A program made the position numbers and the translations under genes. The notes under the pieces were generated by a model. The model ran no database searches, was not told the origin of the DNA, and was given only the letters and a program-made list of their open reading frames with translations. This document shows, piece by piece, positions 1 to 10,390 of a stretch of DNA of 38,485 nt. Origin of the DNA: a phage; assembly GCA_016969615.1 (NCBI GenBank), contig GCA_016969615.1_4548.1. One strand, written 5' to 3'. Numbering within the stretch: position 1 is the stretch's first letter; each line of letters opens with the position of its first letter.

Positions 1-648
1 GCTTCGCAAGGCCGCATCACCGACACTAACCCACGCTCCTAGCCCAATGCCACCAGACGTTTCAGGAGTGGAACCAGCAGGAACGTTCTTTGGAAGCGTA
101 CCATCCCAGCGGTAATAATCACCATCCTCTTCCCATAGCAGGGCCTCGTTCCATGTTGTAACGTTGAAGCCTTTCTCGAAGGAGCGACGGGTAATATAGC
201 CAACTAGACCAGCTGCCTTGATTCTCTCAGCGATTCGTCGTGCTTCGTCCTCGCTATCCTTAGCGTTGCCAGCAGAGCTACCAGCAGCATCGGCATATTC
301 CTTCGCTAAGTCAACAGTTTGGTCTCGACCTTCTTCTGCAATATGGATAGCCTGAAGCTCTGCATTGGTCAGGTCACTAGCTGTCAACACTGAGCCATTC
401 CTGAAGTCTACCACTAAGTCAGTTCCAGTCTGACGGTGAATACGAACGATGTCGAAACCTGATTGGTCAACCAACATCTCAATCATCGTTGGATTAAGGA
501 ATCGGTAATCTCGACCAACTTCCAGTACACGGTTCAGGGTGGGGTTAGAGCTATTCACCAGCGTAACAACAACAAACGTTCTGGCTAGGTATTCGAACTC
601 AATCCTGTACTGAGTGTTTCCTGAAGGGAATTGTGTAATCGTGGACAT
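1..648 (-). CDS. gp17: Tail fibre/tailspike protein, N-terminal adaptor domain (5' part only; ORF runs off the window start)
   Basis: ATG at 648..646 after AAAGGAGG; 216 codons open to position 1; translation [32 protein letters not shown]...[12 protein letters not shown]...[10 protein letters not shown] matches the conserved T7-family gp17 N-terminal domain. Confidence 0.85.
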   Translation of the reverse strand, partial: MSTITQFPSGNTQYRIEFEYLARTFVVVTLVNSSNPTLNRVLEVGRDYRFLNPTMIEMLVDQSGFDIVRIHRQTGTDLVVDFRNGSVLTASDLTNAELQAIHIAEEGRDQTVDLAKEYADAAGSSAGNAKDSEDEARRIAERIKAAGLVGYITRRSFEKGFNVTTWNEALLWEEDGDYYRWDGTLPKNVPAGSTPETSGGIGLGAWVSVGDAALRS

Positions 649-698
649 TATGCCTCCTTTGTGATTTAAATGGAGACCTATGGTAGCGCCTCCAGTTT

Positions 699-716
699 CC
701 TATAGTGATAGTTTAG
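699..716 (-). promoter_or_regulatory. Phage RNA polymerase promoter core upstream of gene 17
   Basis: plus-strand cctatagtgatagtttag = minus CTAAACTATCACTATAGG; 11 copies of this core in the window; overlaps gp16 stop. Confidence 0.8.
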
Positions 717-3700
717 TCCTTGATGTGGATACCTTGCTCCTCAAACGTTCCAAGCAACAGCTTCTGGGTAATTGGGTCGTTCGGAACCAGTTCACGGAAC
801 GTATTATACATCCCGGTCATGTAGTCACGCTCGTTGACACGAGTATCGGCCTTGAGGTAGCCAGCCAAGTTGTAAGCCGAAGCGCCAACGTTAGCAGCAT
901 ATCCGAAAGCTGGAACCTGCTCCAAGAAGTTACCAACAATATTCATCACAGGGTCACTTGTAGCTGCACCATACGCGATGGCACGTTCAGTCTTCTCTGT
1001 AGACGAACGAGGTAGGATAGACGAACGGAGCATCTTAGTGTCCTCGTACCCAGCGATACCACCAAGAATGTTAGCTACCCCAAGTGGTCCACCGAGATGT
1101 GAACTACGGGACAGAGCCGCATAACCAATCATCGTCGGGTCCAGAGCTTGCTTGAGGTAGTCACGGTCACGACCATCCTGCATAGCGTAAGCCTTGATGT
1201 GTGCCTGAGCCATGTAGTAGATACCAGCAAGACCCATAGACATCACAGTGGACAGTGCAGCGTCAATCGCTCTGTTGTTCTTCGTGGCGTTATAGAAGGT
1301 TCGCATGGTTCTCCCATTGATGGACTTGATGACGAAGTTCTTAAACTGAAGGACAGTCTTAGCCAGAGGGCCATAAGCCTTGGCGTCCATGTTACTCAGC
1401 TTGTGTGGACGAAGCAATGTCTCGTCAGCGATGGTGTCGCCCATACGCCACAGGTCCATAGCCCTTGGGTCCTGACTAAACGCCTTCTTATCCTTGATCG
1501 TGTACTTCCCGTCTGGACCACGCGTCACTGACTCACGGATGAGGGACTTAATGCCCTTCCACTGCTCGTCAGAGATACCAGCGGTCTTCAGCCATCGGTC
1601 ATCGAACTTACGCTTACTACCAGTCAGGCTATGCTCCACGATGTCAGATAGGAAGCCTTGACGTCCAGCATCTAACAGGTAGTTGGTCGTACCGTTTAGG
1701 ACTTTAGTGAACGGAGAGCGTACGGCAAGTTCACCAGTGTAATACTTGGCAGTCCCCAGAGCTGTAGCTGCACCACGACCGAGGTCACTGTAAGACCGCA
1801 GACGGTCGATGACATCCTGTTTAGACGGACGGATTGAGTCATCCAATTCTTTACCGAAGAGAACACTATGCAGGTCCTTAATCTCTGAGGCCCCTACCTT
1901 CTTGTTACGGAAGGCTAGGTCACGGAACATCGGGACTCCATGCAGCAGCGCACGAACGTTGCCACGAGCCAGCATGCCTCCAATCTCCGTTAAGTTCTGA
2001 ACACCCATGTAGGCATTCTTAGCGAAGAACGATAGGTCTGTCATTGTGCGCATCACGGTAGCGAAGGCTGCATCATCAGCACCATCACGTCGAGCACGAC
2101 CAGTTAGAATCTTCAAGGTGTCACGTAAGGTAGATACCTCACCTTTCAATTTACCGTCATCCCCAGCCTTGTTCATCATGGTCTCAACCAAGTCCTTCAT
2201 GTCCTTCGTGGTTTTGCCTGTACCAGCCATGATAGCAATATCGCCATTAACTCGACGGTTGTAGGCCGGGACAATCTTGTCCATGTCCCACTCACGCAGG
2301 TTGTTGACACTGAAGGTCTGACCGTTAGGAAGGACGATTGACATATCGCTATCGAACAGGTTACGAGCCTCAAGGAAGCTGTTGTTCTCCAGACCAACCA
2401 GACCGTTGATGTTCTCTTCCATTACGGATGAACGTTCGAACTGCTCGGTGTGAGAGATACCGTAAGCCTTATCGTTGGCGTACTTATCGACCGCAGCAGA
2501 AAGTCCCTCTGGAGTCAACGTAGGGTCAGCCTCTAAGAGTGCCTCGTCCACGCGTTTCTTGACTTCAGGTCGAGACGCATAGCTGGTCAACCATGACTTC
2601 TTGATGGCCTCCTGCAACGCCTCTGGACTCCCAAGCTCCTTGATGTACAGCTCCTTCATCTGTTTGCTATACACATGAGGGACGTAGGTCCCCTTGAATC
2701 GGCTACCCGGAAAGATAGACTGAGCGTCTGGACGACCAAACATAGCTGGGTTCTCCATCATCTCACGCTTGGCGTCAAACTGGTTCTTCAGTAGGTCATA
2801 GACTTTCAGCTCTCCCGGAGTCAGTTCAGCCTTCAGGTTCCCACTACCATCTTCGATAGCCATGGACACACGCTGGTAGATGTCCTGACGGAATGCACCA
2901 GAGTCTCGCCAGAATGCTGTCTGGAAGTACGGGTCCTTTAGTGCCTCAGTAACCGCATCGTCGATGTCGTTGTAGAACCGATGGTCCACAGCACGAAGTC
3001 TCTCGAACACGTCTGACGCAGTTGTCCCGATTTTACCTGAGGCCCCAGACTGCATACCAGTTGGTGAACGCACTAAGTCAGCAGCTACTCCACGAATCTC
3101 AGGGTTCTCAGACCGAAGCAGCTTCAGACCAATCTCGGTAAGTCCGCCAAGGTTCACGCCAGCAGCTGCACGTTCCGGCTCAATCACTTCGTCAAAGACT
3201 TGACGTGTCTTAGGGTTCAGAGGGTTCTCACCAATCAGGATTGAACCATCTTCCAGTCGTACACTACCCGGCTCGTTCGGAACGTCAGCGAACTTAACAC
3301 CTTGATGACTAAAGGTCTGCTCACCTTCCTGAATAGGTAGACGAGACAGGTCCTGACCGTCAACATTACGTGCAGTCTCACGGGCTTCCAGACGTGTGGC
3401 TGGACCAGCAAACTCATTAGTGTTGCGGCCCAAGGCTCTTCCTAGTCCATCAGCGATAGCAGTCATACCACCACCGAATAGAGCGCCACCAAGGATAGCT
3501 TCAGCCACATGAGCATCACCACCAGCCACTGAGGTACGGGCCATCTCAGACACACCAGCCAGTGCTCCGGATTGAGCCGCCACGGTGAACATCTTGTTTA
3601 CCAGTTTACCTCCTTTACCCACCTGTCCAGCAATCGGAACGTATGTCAGAGGGTCAACGCCAGCGCCAATAACACCAGCAGCCAACTGAGCACCAGTCCC

Positions 3701-4600
3701 AGCCTTGGCCTTCTCTTGGTCCAACTTCTGGTTCTCAAGCGCCAAGTTAATAAGCTCGGTCAGGTTCTGAGGAGAGCCACCAGTAATGACTCCGTAATAC
3801 TGAGGCAGAACCCCAGCGTTACGAATCTGGTCCAGCTCCTCACGCGACCACTTATGGTTGTTCCATCTGGTCGGGTTGAACACATCACCAATGACATCCA
3901 GTGAATCCTCAGTCTGGCCAGCTCGGATAGCCACGCCGACCATAGAGTTCTTCACTTCAGCTTCTGCAGCAGCACCGAAACCGAACCACGTAGAGCGATC
4001 CTCTCGCTCCTGCATGGTCTCTCCAGTAGCCTTATAGAACATCTCACCGAACGATTCGTTGGGAGCTTCAGGTGCTTGACCCTCAATGTTCAGACCAGCA
4101 GCGGTCGGAAGGTTCTCACCCAGAGCTACTTTAGGTTTAGCCTTGAGTCCTTCCGTGAGTGCGTCAAATACGTTAGCGCTTACTGGTGGAGTCTTTGGGC
4201 TGATACCGTTGAGTGCTCTTGCTACTCCCTGTTGGTAGACTTCAGGGTCGTACCGGGAGCCTGTCTCATGGAAGCTGATAGCTTGCGCCAGAGAAGACAA
4301 GGTGTCCGGGTTCGAGAGGTCGAGACTCTGGGTAGCTGGGATACCAGTCGCAGCCACCACTGAGTCTATATAAGCCTGAGTGTCGTTCTCATTAGGAGGT
4401 GCCCATCGGTTGATAATCTTCTCGATGGAGTCATAACCTTGGCGACCGTAGGACAGCAGGTTTTTACCTAAAGCTCGGACGCCAGACTCTGGACTATCGA
4501 AGGTGACGAATGCGCCATCATCTCCAGTCATTCCTTCCCATTGGTCCTTACTTACCCGGATGTTACCCGGATTGTTATTGCGAATACCACGAGTCGCCAT
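713..4600 (-). CDS. gp16: Internal virion (core) protein D
   Basis: 1295 aa; long blocks align with T7 gp16 (RSTWFGFGAAAEAE..., TRWNNHKW..., AGVIGAGVDPLTYVP); follows gp15 as in T7. Confidence 0.93.
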   Translation of the reverse strand: MATRGIRNNNPGNIRVSKDQWEGMTGDDGAFVTFDSPESGVRALGKNLLSYGRQGYDSIEKIINRWAPPNENDTQAYIDSVVAATGIPATQSLDLSNPDTLSSLAQAISFHETGSRYDPEVYQQGVARALNGISPKTPPVSANVFDALTEGLKAKPKVALGENLPTAAGLNIEGQAPEAPNESFGEMFYKATGETMQEREDRSTWFGFGAAAEAEVKNSMVGVAIRAGQTEDSLDVIGDVFNPTRWNNHKWSREELDQIRNAGVLPQYYGVITGGSPQNLTELINLALENQKLDQEKAKAGTGAQLAAGVIGAGVDPLTYVPIAGQVGKGGKLVNKMFTVAAQSGALAGVSEMARTSVAGGDAHVAEAILGGALFGGGMTAIADGLGRALGRNTNEFAGPATRLEARETARNVDGQDLSRLPIQEGEQTFSHQGVKFADVPNEPGSVRLEDGSILIGENPLNPKTRQVFDEVIEPERAAAGVNLGGLTEIGLKLLRSENPEIRGVAADLVRSPTGMQSGASGKIGTTASDVFERLRAVDHRFYNDIDDAVTEALKDPYFQTAFWRDSGAFRQDIYQRVSMAIEDGSGNLKAELTPGELKVYDLLKNQFDAKREMMENPAMFGRPDAQSIFPGSRFKGTYVPHVYSKQMKELYIKELGSPEALQEAIKKSWLTSYASRPEVKKRVDEALLEADPTLTPEGLSAAVDKYANDKAYGISHTEQFERSSVMEENINGLVGLENNSFLEARNLFDSDMSIVLPNGQTFSVNNLREWDMDKIVPAYNRRVNGDIAIMAGTGKTTKDMKDLVETMMNKAGDDGKLKGEVSTLRDTLKILTGRARRDGADDAAFATVMRTMTDLSFFAKNAYMGVQNLTEIGGMLARGNVRALLHGVPMFRDLAFRNKKVGASEIKDLHSVLFGKELDDSIRPSKQDVIDRLRSYSDLGRGAATALGTAKYYTGELAVRSPFTKVLNGTTNYLLDAGRQGFLSDIVEHSLTGSKRKFDDRWLKTAGISDEQWKGIKSLIRESVTRGPDGKYTIKDKKAFSQDPRAMDLWRMGDTIADETLLRPHKLSNMDAKAYGPLAKTVLQFKNFVIKSINGRTMRTFYNATKNNRAIDAALSTVMSMGLAGIYYMAQAHIKAYAMQDGRDRDYLKQALDPTMIGYAALSRSSHLGGPLGVANILGGIAGYEDTKMLRSSILPRSSTEKTERAIAYGAATSDPVMNIVGNFLEQVPAFGYAANVGASAYNLAGYLKADTRVNERDYMTGMYNTFRELVPNDPITQKLLLGTFEEQGIHIKD

Positions 4601-4604
4601 TATG

Positions 4605-6887
4605 TTACTCCTTACCGATTAGTACGTTTGCGATACCCTCCAATGAGACGTCATTGTACATCCCTCCGCGCTTCTCGATGTTGGACTCTCGGTCAGCTCG
4701 ACGTTTGTCACCAGCAGCTTTAGTCCCGACGATACGCGCTCGCTTGTTAGCGTCACGTTCTGCCTGAGCGTATGCGGCATCTTGTGCCTTCTGCTGTTGT
4801 TCGCGGTAGAGTTTACCTACAAGTTCTTTATCGTAGCGAATACGAATAGTCCCTGTAGCGTCTTGGAGGAAGATAGAGCCGTTCTGTTCAACAACGGACA
4901 ACTGAGAGTTCACTACCCAAGGGTTGGCCTTAATGAGCTGCTTACGAGCGGTGTCGATAATGTCTCGACCAACCTGCCACGACTCTGGGCTATCCCCGAC
5001 CATAAGCTGGTGTTTGGAAACCATGCCGATGGACTTACCGTCCGAACCTTCAGACTGGAACGTTACTGTATTCTCATTAAGCCAGCGTTGAGTCTGCTGA
5101 GTTGCGGCGTCAGCGTTACCTGTACGATAGTACCATGAGTCCCAGACCTTACGAGCACTTGAGTCCAGAGACGTTGGGAGGCGAGACAACTGGGTGTTCT
5201 TGGAGTCGTTCTTCAACTCCTGCCACGCCTTGTCTGACTCCATGCGCATCTCACGGCTTTGACTTGCAGCTTGCTTATCAGCTTCAATCATCGTCTGAGG
5301 GTCCAGACCCATCTTGTCCATCTGGTCGAACGTAGAGAACAACTGAGCTTGGTCAGGATACAGAGCAGCAAAACTTGAAGGGTCCTGAGTGTAGGCACGA
5401 CGAAGAGACTCGAAGCGTTGCATCTTGTCTGGGTCGTACTGTCCACGGATGACAGCAGCTTGCCACTCGCCAGCAGCGTCCTGAGTTAGAGTCTGGAAGG
5501 CATTACGGAACGGACCGTTGTTAGTGTCGGCTCTTAACAATGCCACCTTCTGAGCGTCTTTAGCAGCCTCAGGAATGTCCATCTGGTCAATCTGCTGTAG
5601 CTTGGCAGACGCATAGTTGTTCATGTCAGAACGCTTGAACTCGCCTGTAGCATCTGAGACCGGAAGGTCCTCATAGTTGGTGGACACGTTGTCACCAGCC
5701 AGACGTCGCTGATACACTTGGTCAATGACCAGTTGCTTGTTCTGAGTCTGGATTAACTTAGTGTTCTCCTTCGCCTGTTCAGCAGACTTACGCTTTACCG
5801 CTTCCAGTAAGCTGGCTTCGGCATTAATAAGCATCTGGCGCTGAGGCGTTAGTTCTTCACCCGGCTGAAGCAGGTTGTTCTGCTCCTTGAGTTTCTGAAT
5901 CTTGGCAAGACCGATGGTTGGGTCGTCCTGAAGAATCGCAGACTGAACGCCTAACGCTAAGTCCTCCTGATACTTAGCCACCAGCTTGTACTCAGTTCCT
6001 TGTGCCTCAACAATAGCAGCGTTGAAGACATCAGGTCCCACAATCTCCTCGACTGTAGCGTCCACACCGTTAAGGGTGATTCGCTCTCCTCGAACTTGCT
6101 GTAGGAAGTTTGAGCCGCCAGACTTCTGGATTGCGTCACGGACCGTCTGGGTGATGACCTCTCGTGCTCGCTGGTCCGAAGGGATCGCAGCAGTAGTTAG
6201 TCCATCCCGAAGGTAGGCCATGAAGGTCTTTCCAGACTCAGGCGAACGCATCAGGTCCCCATCGTTAAGGAACGAGTTCATCTCAATACGAGTGTTCAAC
6301 ATTGCTGTCTCTTCAGACTGCTTGCTGAAATACTTATTGAAAGACCCATAGATAGCGATGTTGCGGTCTGTGATGTTATCGTTGAACCCGCGCTGGAAGA
6401 ACTCGTCGGTAGGGTTAATACCCGCCTCTTCAGCATAGGACTTAGCGGCGTCCTGCAGTCGCTGGTGGCGATACTCTTCCATCTCCTGACGTGTACGGAA
6501 CTCACCGTTCTGAATCTTAACGTTAATCTCGTCATCCACCGCAAAGGCAGCGTTACGGCCCGTCTTGACTCGAAGTGCTTCCATAGCGTAAGGGTCGTCC
6601 TGATATAGCAGCGTGCCGTTCTGGATAGCCTCACGTCTTTGCTGAGGTGTCAGCTTACGGATAATCTCGTTAGACCTCTCGTCGGCACGGGTCTTCTCCT
6701 CGTCTTTGAACTGCTTGTATAATCCAGTCCCAGACTCAACGAAGTTGGTTAACGCACGAGCCAGACCGGAGTCACCAGTTGGAGCCTGAACGCTGGCTGC
6801 TTGATAGTTGACGGCGATAGTTTTACCCGGCGCTCTGCCACGACCTATAGTCCGATTAGCCAGTGCTGATTCAATATTACTAGCCAT
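4605..6887 (-). CDS. gp15: Internal virion (core) protein C
   Basis: 760 aa; motifs shared with T7 gp15 (ADERSNEIIRKLTPQQRREA, GTLLYQDDPYAMEALRVKTGRNAA); RBS AAGAGGAGG. Confidence 0.9.
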   Translation of the reverse strand: MASNIESALANRTIGRGRAPGKTIAVNYQAASVQAPTGDSGLARALTNFVESGTGLYKQFKDEEKTRADERSNEIIRKLTPQQRREAIQNGTLLYQDDPYAMEALRVKTGRNAAFAVDDEINVKIQNGEFRTRQEMEEYRHQRLQDAAKSYAEEAGINPTDEFFQRGFNDNITDRNIAIYGSFNKYFSKQSEETAMLNTRIEMNSFLNDGDLMRSPESGKTFMAYLRDGLTTAAIPSDQRAREVITQTVRDAIQKSGGSNFLQQVRGERITLNGVDATVEEIVGPDVFNAAIVEAQGTEYKLVAKYQEDLALGVQSAILQDDPTIGLAKIQKLKEQNNLLQPGEELTPQRQMLINAEASLLEAVKRKSAEQAKENTKLIQTQNKQLVIDQVYQRRLAGDNVSTNYEDLPVSDATGEFKRSDMNNYASAKLQQIDQMDIPEAAKDAQKVALLRADTNNGPFRNAFQTLTQDAAGEWQAAVIRGQYDPDKMQRFESLRRAYTQDPSSFAALYPDQAQLFSTFDQMDKMGLDPQTMIEADKQAASQSREMRMESDKAWQELKNDSKNTQLSRLPTSLDSSARKVWDSWYYRTGNADAATQQTQRWLNENTVTFQSEGSDGKSIGMVSKHQLMVGDSPESWQVGRDIIDTARKQLIKANPWVVNSQLSVVEQNGSIFLQDATGTIRIRYDKELVGKLYREQQQKAQDAAYAQAERDANKRARIVGTKAAGDKRRADRESNIEKRGGMYNDVSLEGIANVLIGKE

Positions 6888-6898
6888 TAGTCCTCCTC

Positions 6899-7492
6899 TT
6901 ATCTATGACCTGTAGGTGTGCCTTTAGCAGCACTAATCGGTGCAGCACCACCATCACCAGAGCTTGAATTTCCGGCGATAGATTTACCAGCAACATACCC
7001 TTGCATCCCGGCGTTAGCAACATTAAGTGCATGAGCTAGTGGGCTGGTCTTGATGATTTTACCTTGACCACGGATAGCAGACTTGGTGTTCTCAATGTTG
7101 GCGATACGGTTCCCGAATATAGCCGCATAGTCACGGTTGTAGCTTTCGGTAATCCCTGCTCGCCCCTTGACTGTATCTCCTTTGACCTGACGTTCAATCC
7201 TGTCCATAGAGTTACCTTCCAAACCGGACTCAGCTACCGCAGCTCGGACCATACCCTGATTGCGGATACCGTTTAACGTGGTCTCTGTCAGTTCAGCCAT
7301 CTGCTGCTCCTTCAGGTCTCGCTCCTGCATCCTCAGGTTGGCGTCAGAGTAGTTCATCTGCTTAACCATCTCCTGAGCCTGACGGTTCTGAGCGTCGATA
7401 GCAGCACCCTCAGCTTTGGCCTGACTAGAAGCGGACATAGCGGCACCAGCTACAGCCATAATACCCATGCCGATACTTACTGGCTCGCACAT
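6899..7492 (-). CDS. gp14: Internal virion protein B
   Basis: 197 aa (T7 gp14 196 aa); starts MC..., hydrophobic N-terminus; position between gp13 and gp15. Confidence 0.8.
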   Translation of the reverse strand: MCEPVSIGMGIMAVAGAAMSASSQAKAEGAAIDAQNRQAQEMVKQMNYSDANLRMQERDLKEQQMAELTETTLNGIRNQGMVRAAVAESGLEGNSMDRIERQVKGDTVKGRAGITESYNRDYAAIFGNRIANIENTKSAIRGQGKIIKTSPLAHALNVANAGMQGYVAGKSIAGNSSSGDGGAAPISAAKGTPTGHR

Positions 7493-7947
7493 ACGTCCTC
7501 CTTAGAGATAGTGAATAGTTGAAAACGCTCACCAGTTACTGGGCTTACAGTCCAATCATCATGGAATTTAGCGCCAAGCAACTTCAAGAATTTAATGTGA
7601 GACTTATTGCCTGACCACACGTAGTTCCAGATGGTCCCGTATTGGTCTAACATTAAGTCCCTGTACTCAGAGATACGCTTTATGAACTCTCGCTTCTCTT
7701 TAGGTCTCAGCTTATAGACCAGACCCGAAGTCAAGAACCATACGTTATCCCCTTGGTTTCCACCATAGGCAAACACTTCACCTACACCGTTCGTTAAAAC
7801 CACAGATGATGGAGATAGGTGCTTAAGCAGTCTCTCAGAGAGACCCACGGTTGACCCGTAGTTTGCTTTGCATTCATTAACATCATCTGCTGAAAGATGC
7901 CACAGAAAGTAGTGGACATCTGGTTCCGTAGCCTTGCGAATATACAT
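7477..7947 (-). CDS. gp13: Internal virion protein A (assigned by position)
   Basis: 156 aa ORF after a phage promoter, RBS AAGGAG; position equals T7 gene 13; sequence similarity not verified. Confidence 0.6.
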   Translation of the reverse strand: MYIRKATEPDVHYFLWHLSADDVNECKANYGSTVGLSERLLKHLSPSSVVLTNGVGEVFAYGGNQGDNVWFLTSGLVYKLRPKEKREFIKRISEYRDLMLDQYGTIWNYVWSGNKSHIKFLKLLGAKFHDDWTVSPVTGERFQLFTISKEDVCASQ

Positions 7948-7980
7948 AAAGTCTCCTTATAACCTTAAGGGCCTATAGTC

Positions 7981-7998
7981 CCTATAGTGATAGTTAAG
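7981..7998 (-). promoter_or_regulatory. Phage RNA polymerase promoter core upstream of gene 13
   Basis: minus CTTAACTATCACTATAGGG; sits inside a 12-bp perfect inverted repeat (7967..7978 / 8005..8016). Confidence 0.8.
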
Positions 7999-8023
7999 GT
8001 AAATCTATAGGCCCTTCAATAAG

Positions 8024-10381
8024 TTAGACGGAACTAGCTTTCTTAGCGTATGACGCCTCCCAGCCACAGCCAACGATGGACACTGGGGTAGGATAATCTG
8101 ACTCTAAGGTTAGACTCGTGGTTAATGCGTTACCATTCATAGCGAAGCGATACTGACCGTCCCCAATGTTGGTAGTACCGATGGTTTGCTGGCCAAGGGT
8201 GTACCCGTTGAAGGTGTTCACGAACTCCCTCTCACCGTTTCTGACAATGAGTCTAAGAGCGCCAGTGTCCTTGTAGTTTACCCAAGCACGACGAAGCTGT
8301 AGACGACCAGTGTCTTCAGACTGAGTTCCACTATCATCTTCAATCTTAATAAGGAACCGTGAGAACTTGTATGACATCAGGTAAGCCCTTCCAATGAACA
8401 CTGTACGTCCTGACCAATCGCCATTAACGGTAACCACAGTGGAGGTGCCAGTAAGGTCACCAAGGTCTACATAAGCACCCTGACTGTCAATCAGATAGTA
8501 CCGACCGGGAGACGGAGCGTTGCCATCATAAGCAGTGCCAATATCCACCGTAGTCTTATATGTGTCAGCGTTATATGAGCCAATTGGGATAACCATAGAC
8601 ACTTTGGAGTCAACGTGGAGTCTATATGGCTCTAACGGAAAGTCAGTTGCCTCCTTGATGAACTTAAGGTGCTCAAGGTCCACGCCGCCTTGGTGCTGAC
8701 GAACAATGAACATGGTAGAGCCAATCGACGCAGACGCCAGAATCTTATCAGCTTTAGGGAACTCCCAGTGCGACCAAGAGGCTTGAAGCTGTACGCCGTC
8801 CTTAAACAAGAACTTGTAGATGTAGATTCGGTTGTATGCACCTGTAGAGTTGACGCAGATGTAGTTCTCAGTCCCTGTACCTTGAATGTCAAACACCCCG
8901 TTAGGGATATAGGACAGTACGTGGCCAGTGGTATCATCGGCATCCTTCACGTCAGACACATCTGCTACAGCGAAGTATCGCTTAATGCTGGTGAATGACC
9001 CACGAGGTGCTGAGAAGAAGACTGAGCGTCCTACAGCGAACGGTCGGGCATTATCTCCTAAGGCAAACTCTGAGCCTACATCAAGCTGGATAGACTTCGA
9101 GGTAAGGACCCCTGAGCTTGTCATCACGAACTGCACCTCATCTGACCAAAGTAGTAGCTGCTCACTAAACGGAACGGCATACTTAAGGATTGAGATTCTA
9201 GGGTGACTTACAGCTACGTCAATAGGATCATCATCACTCAGTGTCGCCACACTCTTAGGGAAGAACGCAAAGTAGCTTGCTGAACGGCTCATGATTACGT
9301 TCTCGCCTGACAAGAACCCCAGCCTATTCCTGTAGAAGAACACATCGTTAATCGTGGCATCCACGAAGCTAGGCATAGGGTTTGTGTCATCATTACCAGA
9401 GCCACGCTTAGACCAGTCCAGAGTCTTGAACTCAAAGGAGCCGTCAGATTGTCTAACCAGAGCATGTGGCATTGTGGTGTTATCGAACCCAGTGACCACT
9501 CCCGGCTCTACTGTCTCCTTCCATGTCTTAGTGTTGGAGTCATACATCACGTAATATTCATCGGCGCTACTGTTGGTCTCACCTTGAATCTTAATGATGT
9601 AACCATTTGGAGCTGCAAGAGGTAACTTAGAGATTGTTTGCACCGTGTCGAGTACTGGGCTGATTAGCTGGTTAGCGTAGCCATCCTCCGTCTCCACTGA
9701 GTTAATGTCAGTCCCTGAAGGGGCAGTGATTAGCAGGAAGCCAGACCCAAGGTCGAACGTGAAGGTAGGGTAAGCAGCAACAAGAAGGTCTCTCAGAGCT
9801 GCACCGATGGCCTGAGCATCCACCTTAGGTGGGTCATTCTCGGCATCATTACCTGCTGGCAACTTATGCTCTACCTTAACGCCTCCATTGATTCCTACCT
9901 TAAGGGTGCGACCATACTGTCCACCACGCAGGTTGATTAAAGCACGAGCTTTACTATTATAACCAGAGTGTGACTGCTCGCTTCCACCTTTAACGATAAC
10001 CTTACGGTTCACGATGAACGTATAGTCTGCAACGGTAACGACACGGATGTCATCTCGCGGGTTGGACGACTCAACGTAATCTACCGCACCGGAAACTGAG
10101 TACTGATTACCACTCAAGTCAACTACCTGAATGTTGGACCCGTTGAACACGATGAAATACTGCTCCTGCTCATCACGGTTAATCAGGTGGAACTTAGGGT
10201 TGCTCCCAACGTCGATGTTAAGACGTCTCTTGAAGACTGTAGGTGGACGCTTCTGGAGGCCATCACTCTCTGATGACCAGCAGTTTACCTGTTCCTCGCC
10301 TTGGTCCGAGAACCTCAGGATGTCGGGCTGTTGGCTAATACCACCTTTAAGGTTCTTGATTGATTGAGTAATTAGTGGCAT
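8024..10381 (-). CDS. gp12: Tail tubular protein B
   Basis: 785 aa; N-terminus MPLITQSIKNLKGGISQQPDILR and C-terminal LQLRRAWVNYKDTG match T7 gp12. Confidence 0.93.
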   Translation of the reverse strand: MPLITQSIKNLKGGISQQPDILRFSDQGEEQVNCWSSESDGLQKRPPTVFKRRLNIDVGSNPKFHLINRDEQEQYFIVFNGSNIQVVDLSGNQYSVSGAVDYVESSNPRDDIRVVTVADYTFIVNRKVIVKGGSEQSHSGYNSKARALINLRGGQYGRTLKVGINGGVKVEHKLPAGNDAENDPPKVDAQAIGAALRDLLVAAYPTFTFDLGSGFLLITAPSGTDINSVETEDGYANQLISPVLDTVQTISKLPLAAPNGYIIKIQGETNSSADEYYVMYDSNTKTWKETVEPGVVTGFDNTTMPHALVRQSDGSFEFKTLDWSKRGSGNDDTNPMPSFVDATINDVFFYRNRLGFLSGENVIMSRSASYFAFFPKSVATLSDDDPIDVAVSHPRISILKYAVPFSEQLLLWSDEVQFVMTSSGVLTSKSIQLDVGSEFALGDNARPFAVGRSVFFSAPRGSFTSIKRYFAVADVSDVKDADDTTGHVLSYIPNGVFDIQGTGTENYICVNSTGAYNRIYIYKFLFKDGVQLQASWSHWEFPKADKILASASIGSTMFIVRQHQGGVDLEHLKFIKEATDFPLEPYRLHVDSKVSMVIPIGSYNADTYKTTVDIGTAYDGNAPSPGRYYLIDSQGAYVDLGDLTGTSTVVTVNGDWSGRTVFIGRAYLMSYKFSRFLIKIEDDSGTQSEDTGRLQLRRAWVNYKDTGALRLIVRNGEREFVNTFNGYTLGQQTIGTTNIGDGQYRFAMNGNALTTSLTLESDYPTPVSIVGCGWEASYAKKASSV

Positions 10382-10390
10382 AGGCCCTCC

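Noticed and set aside
680-1015. Plus-strand ORF (111 aa), representative of all plus-strand ORFs in the track
   Set aside because: Every plus-strand ORF lies antisense inside a strongly supported minus-strand gene, has no RBS or promoter context, and T7-like genomes are transcribed from one strand only
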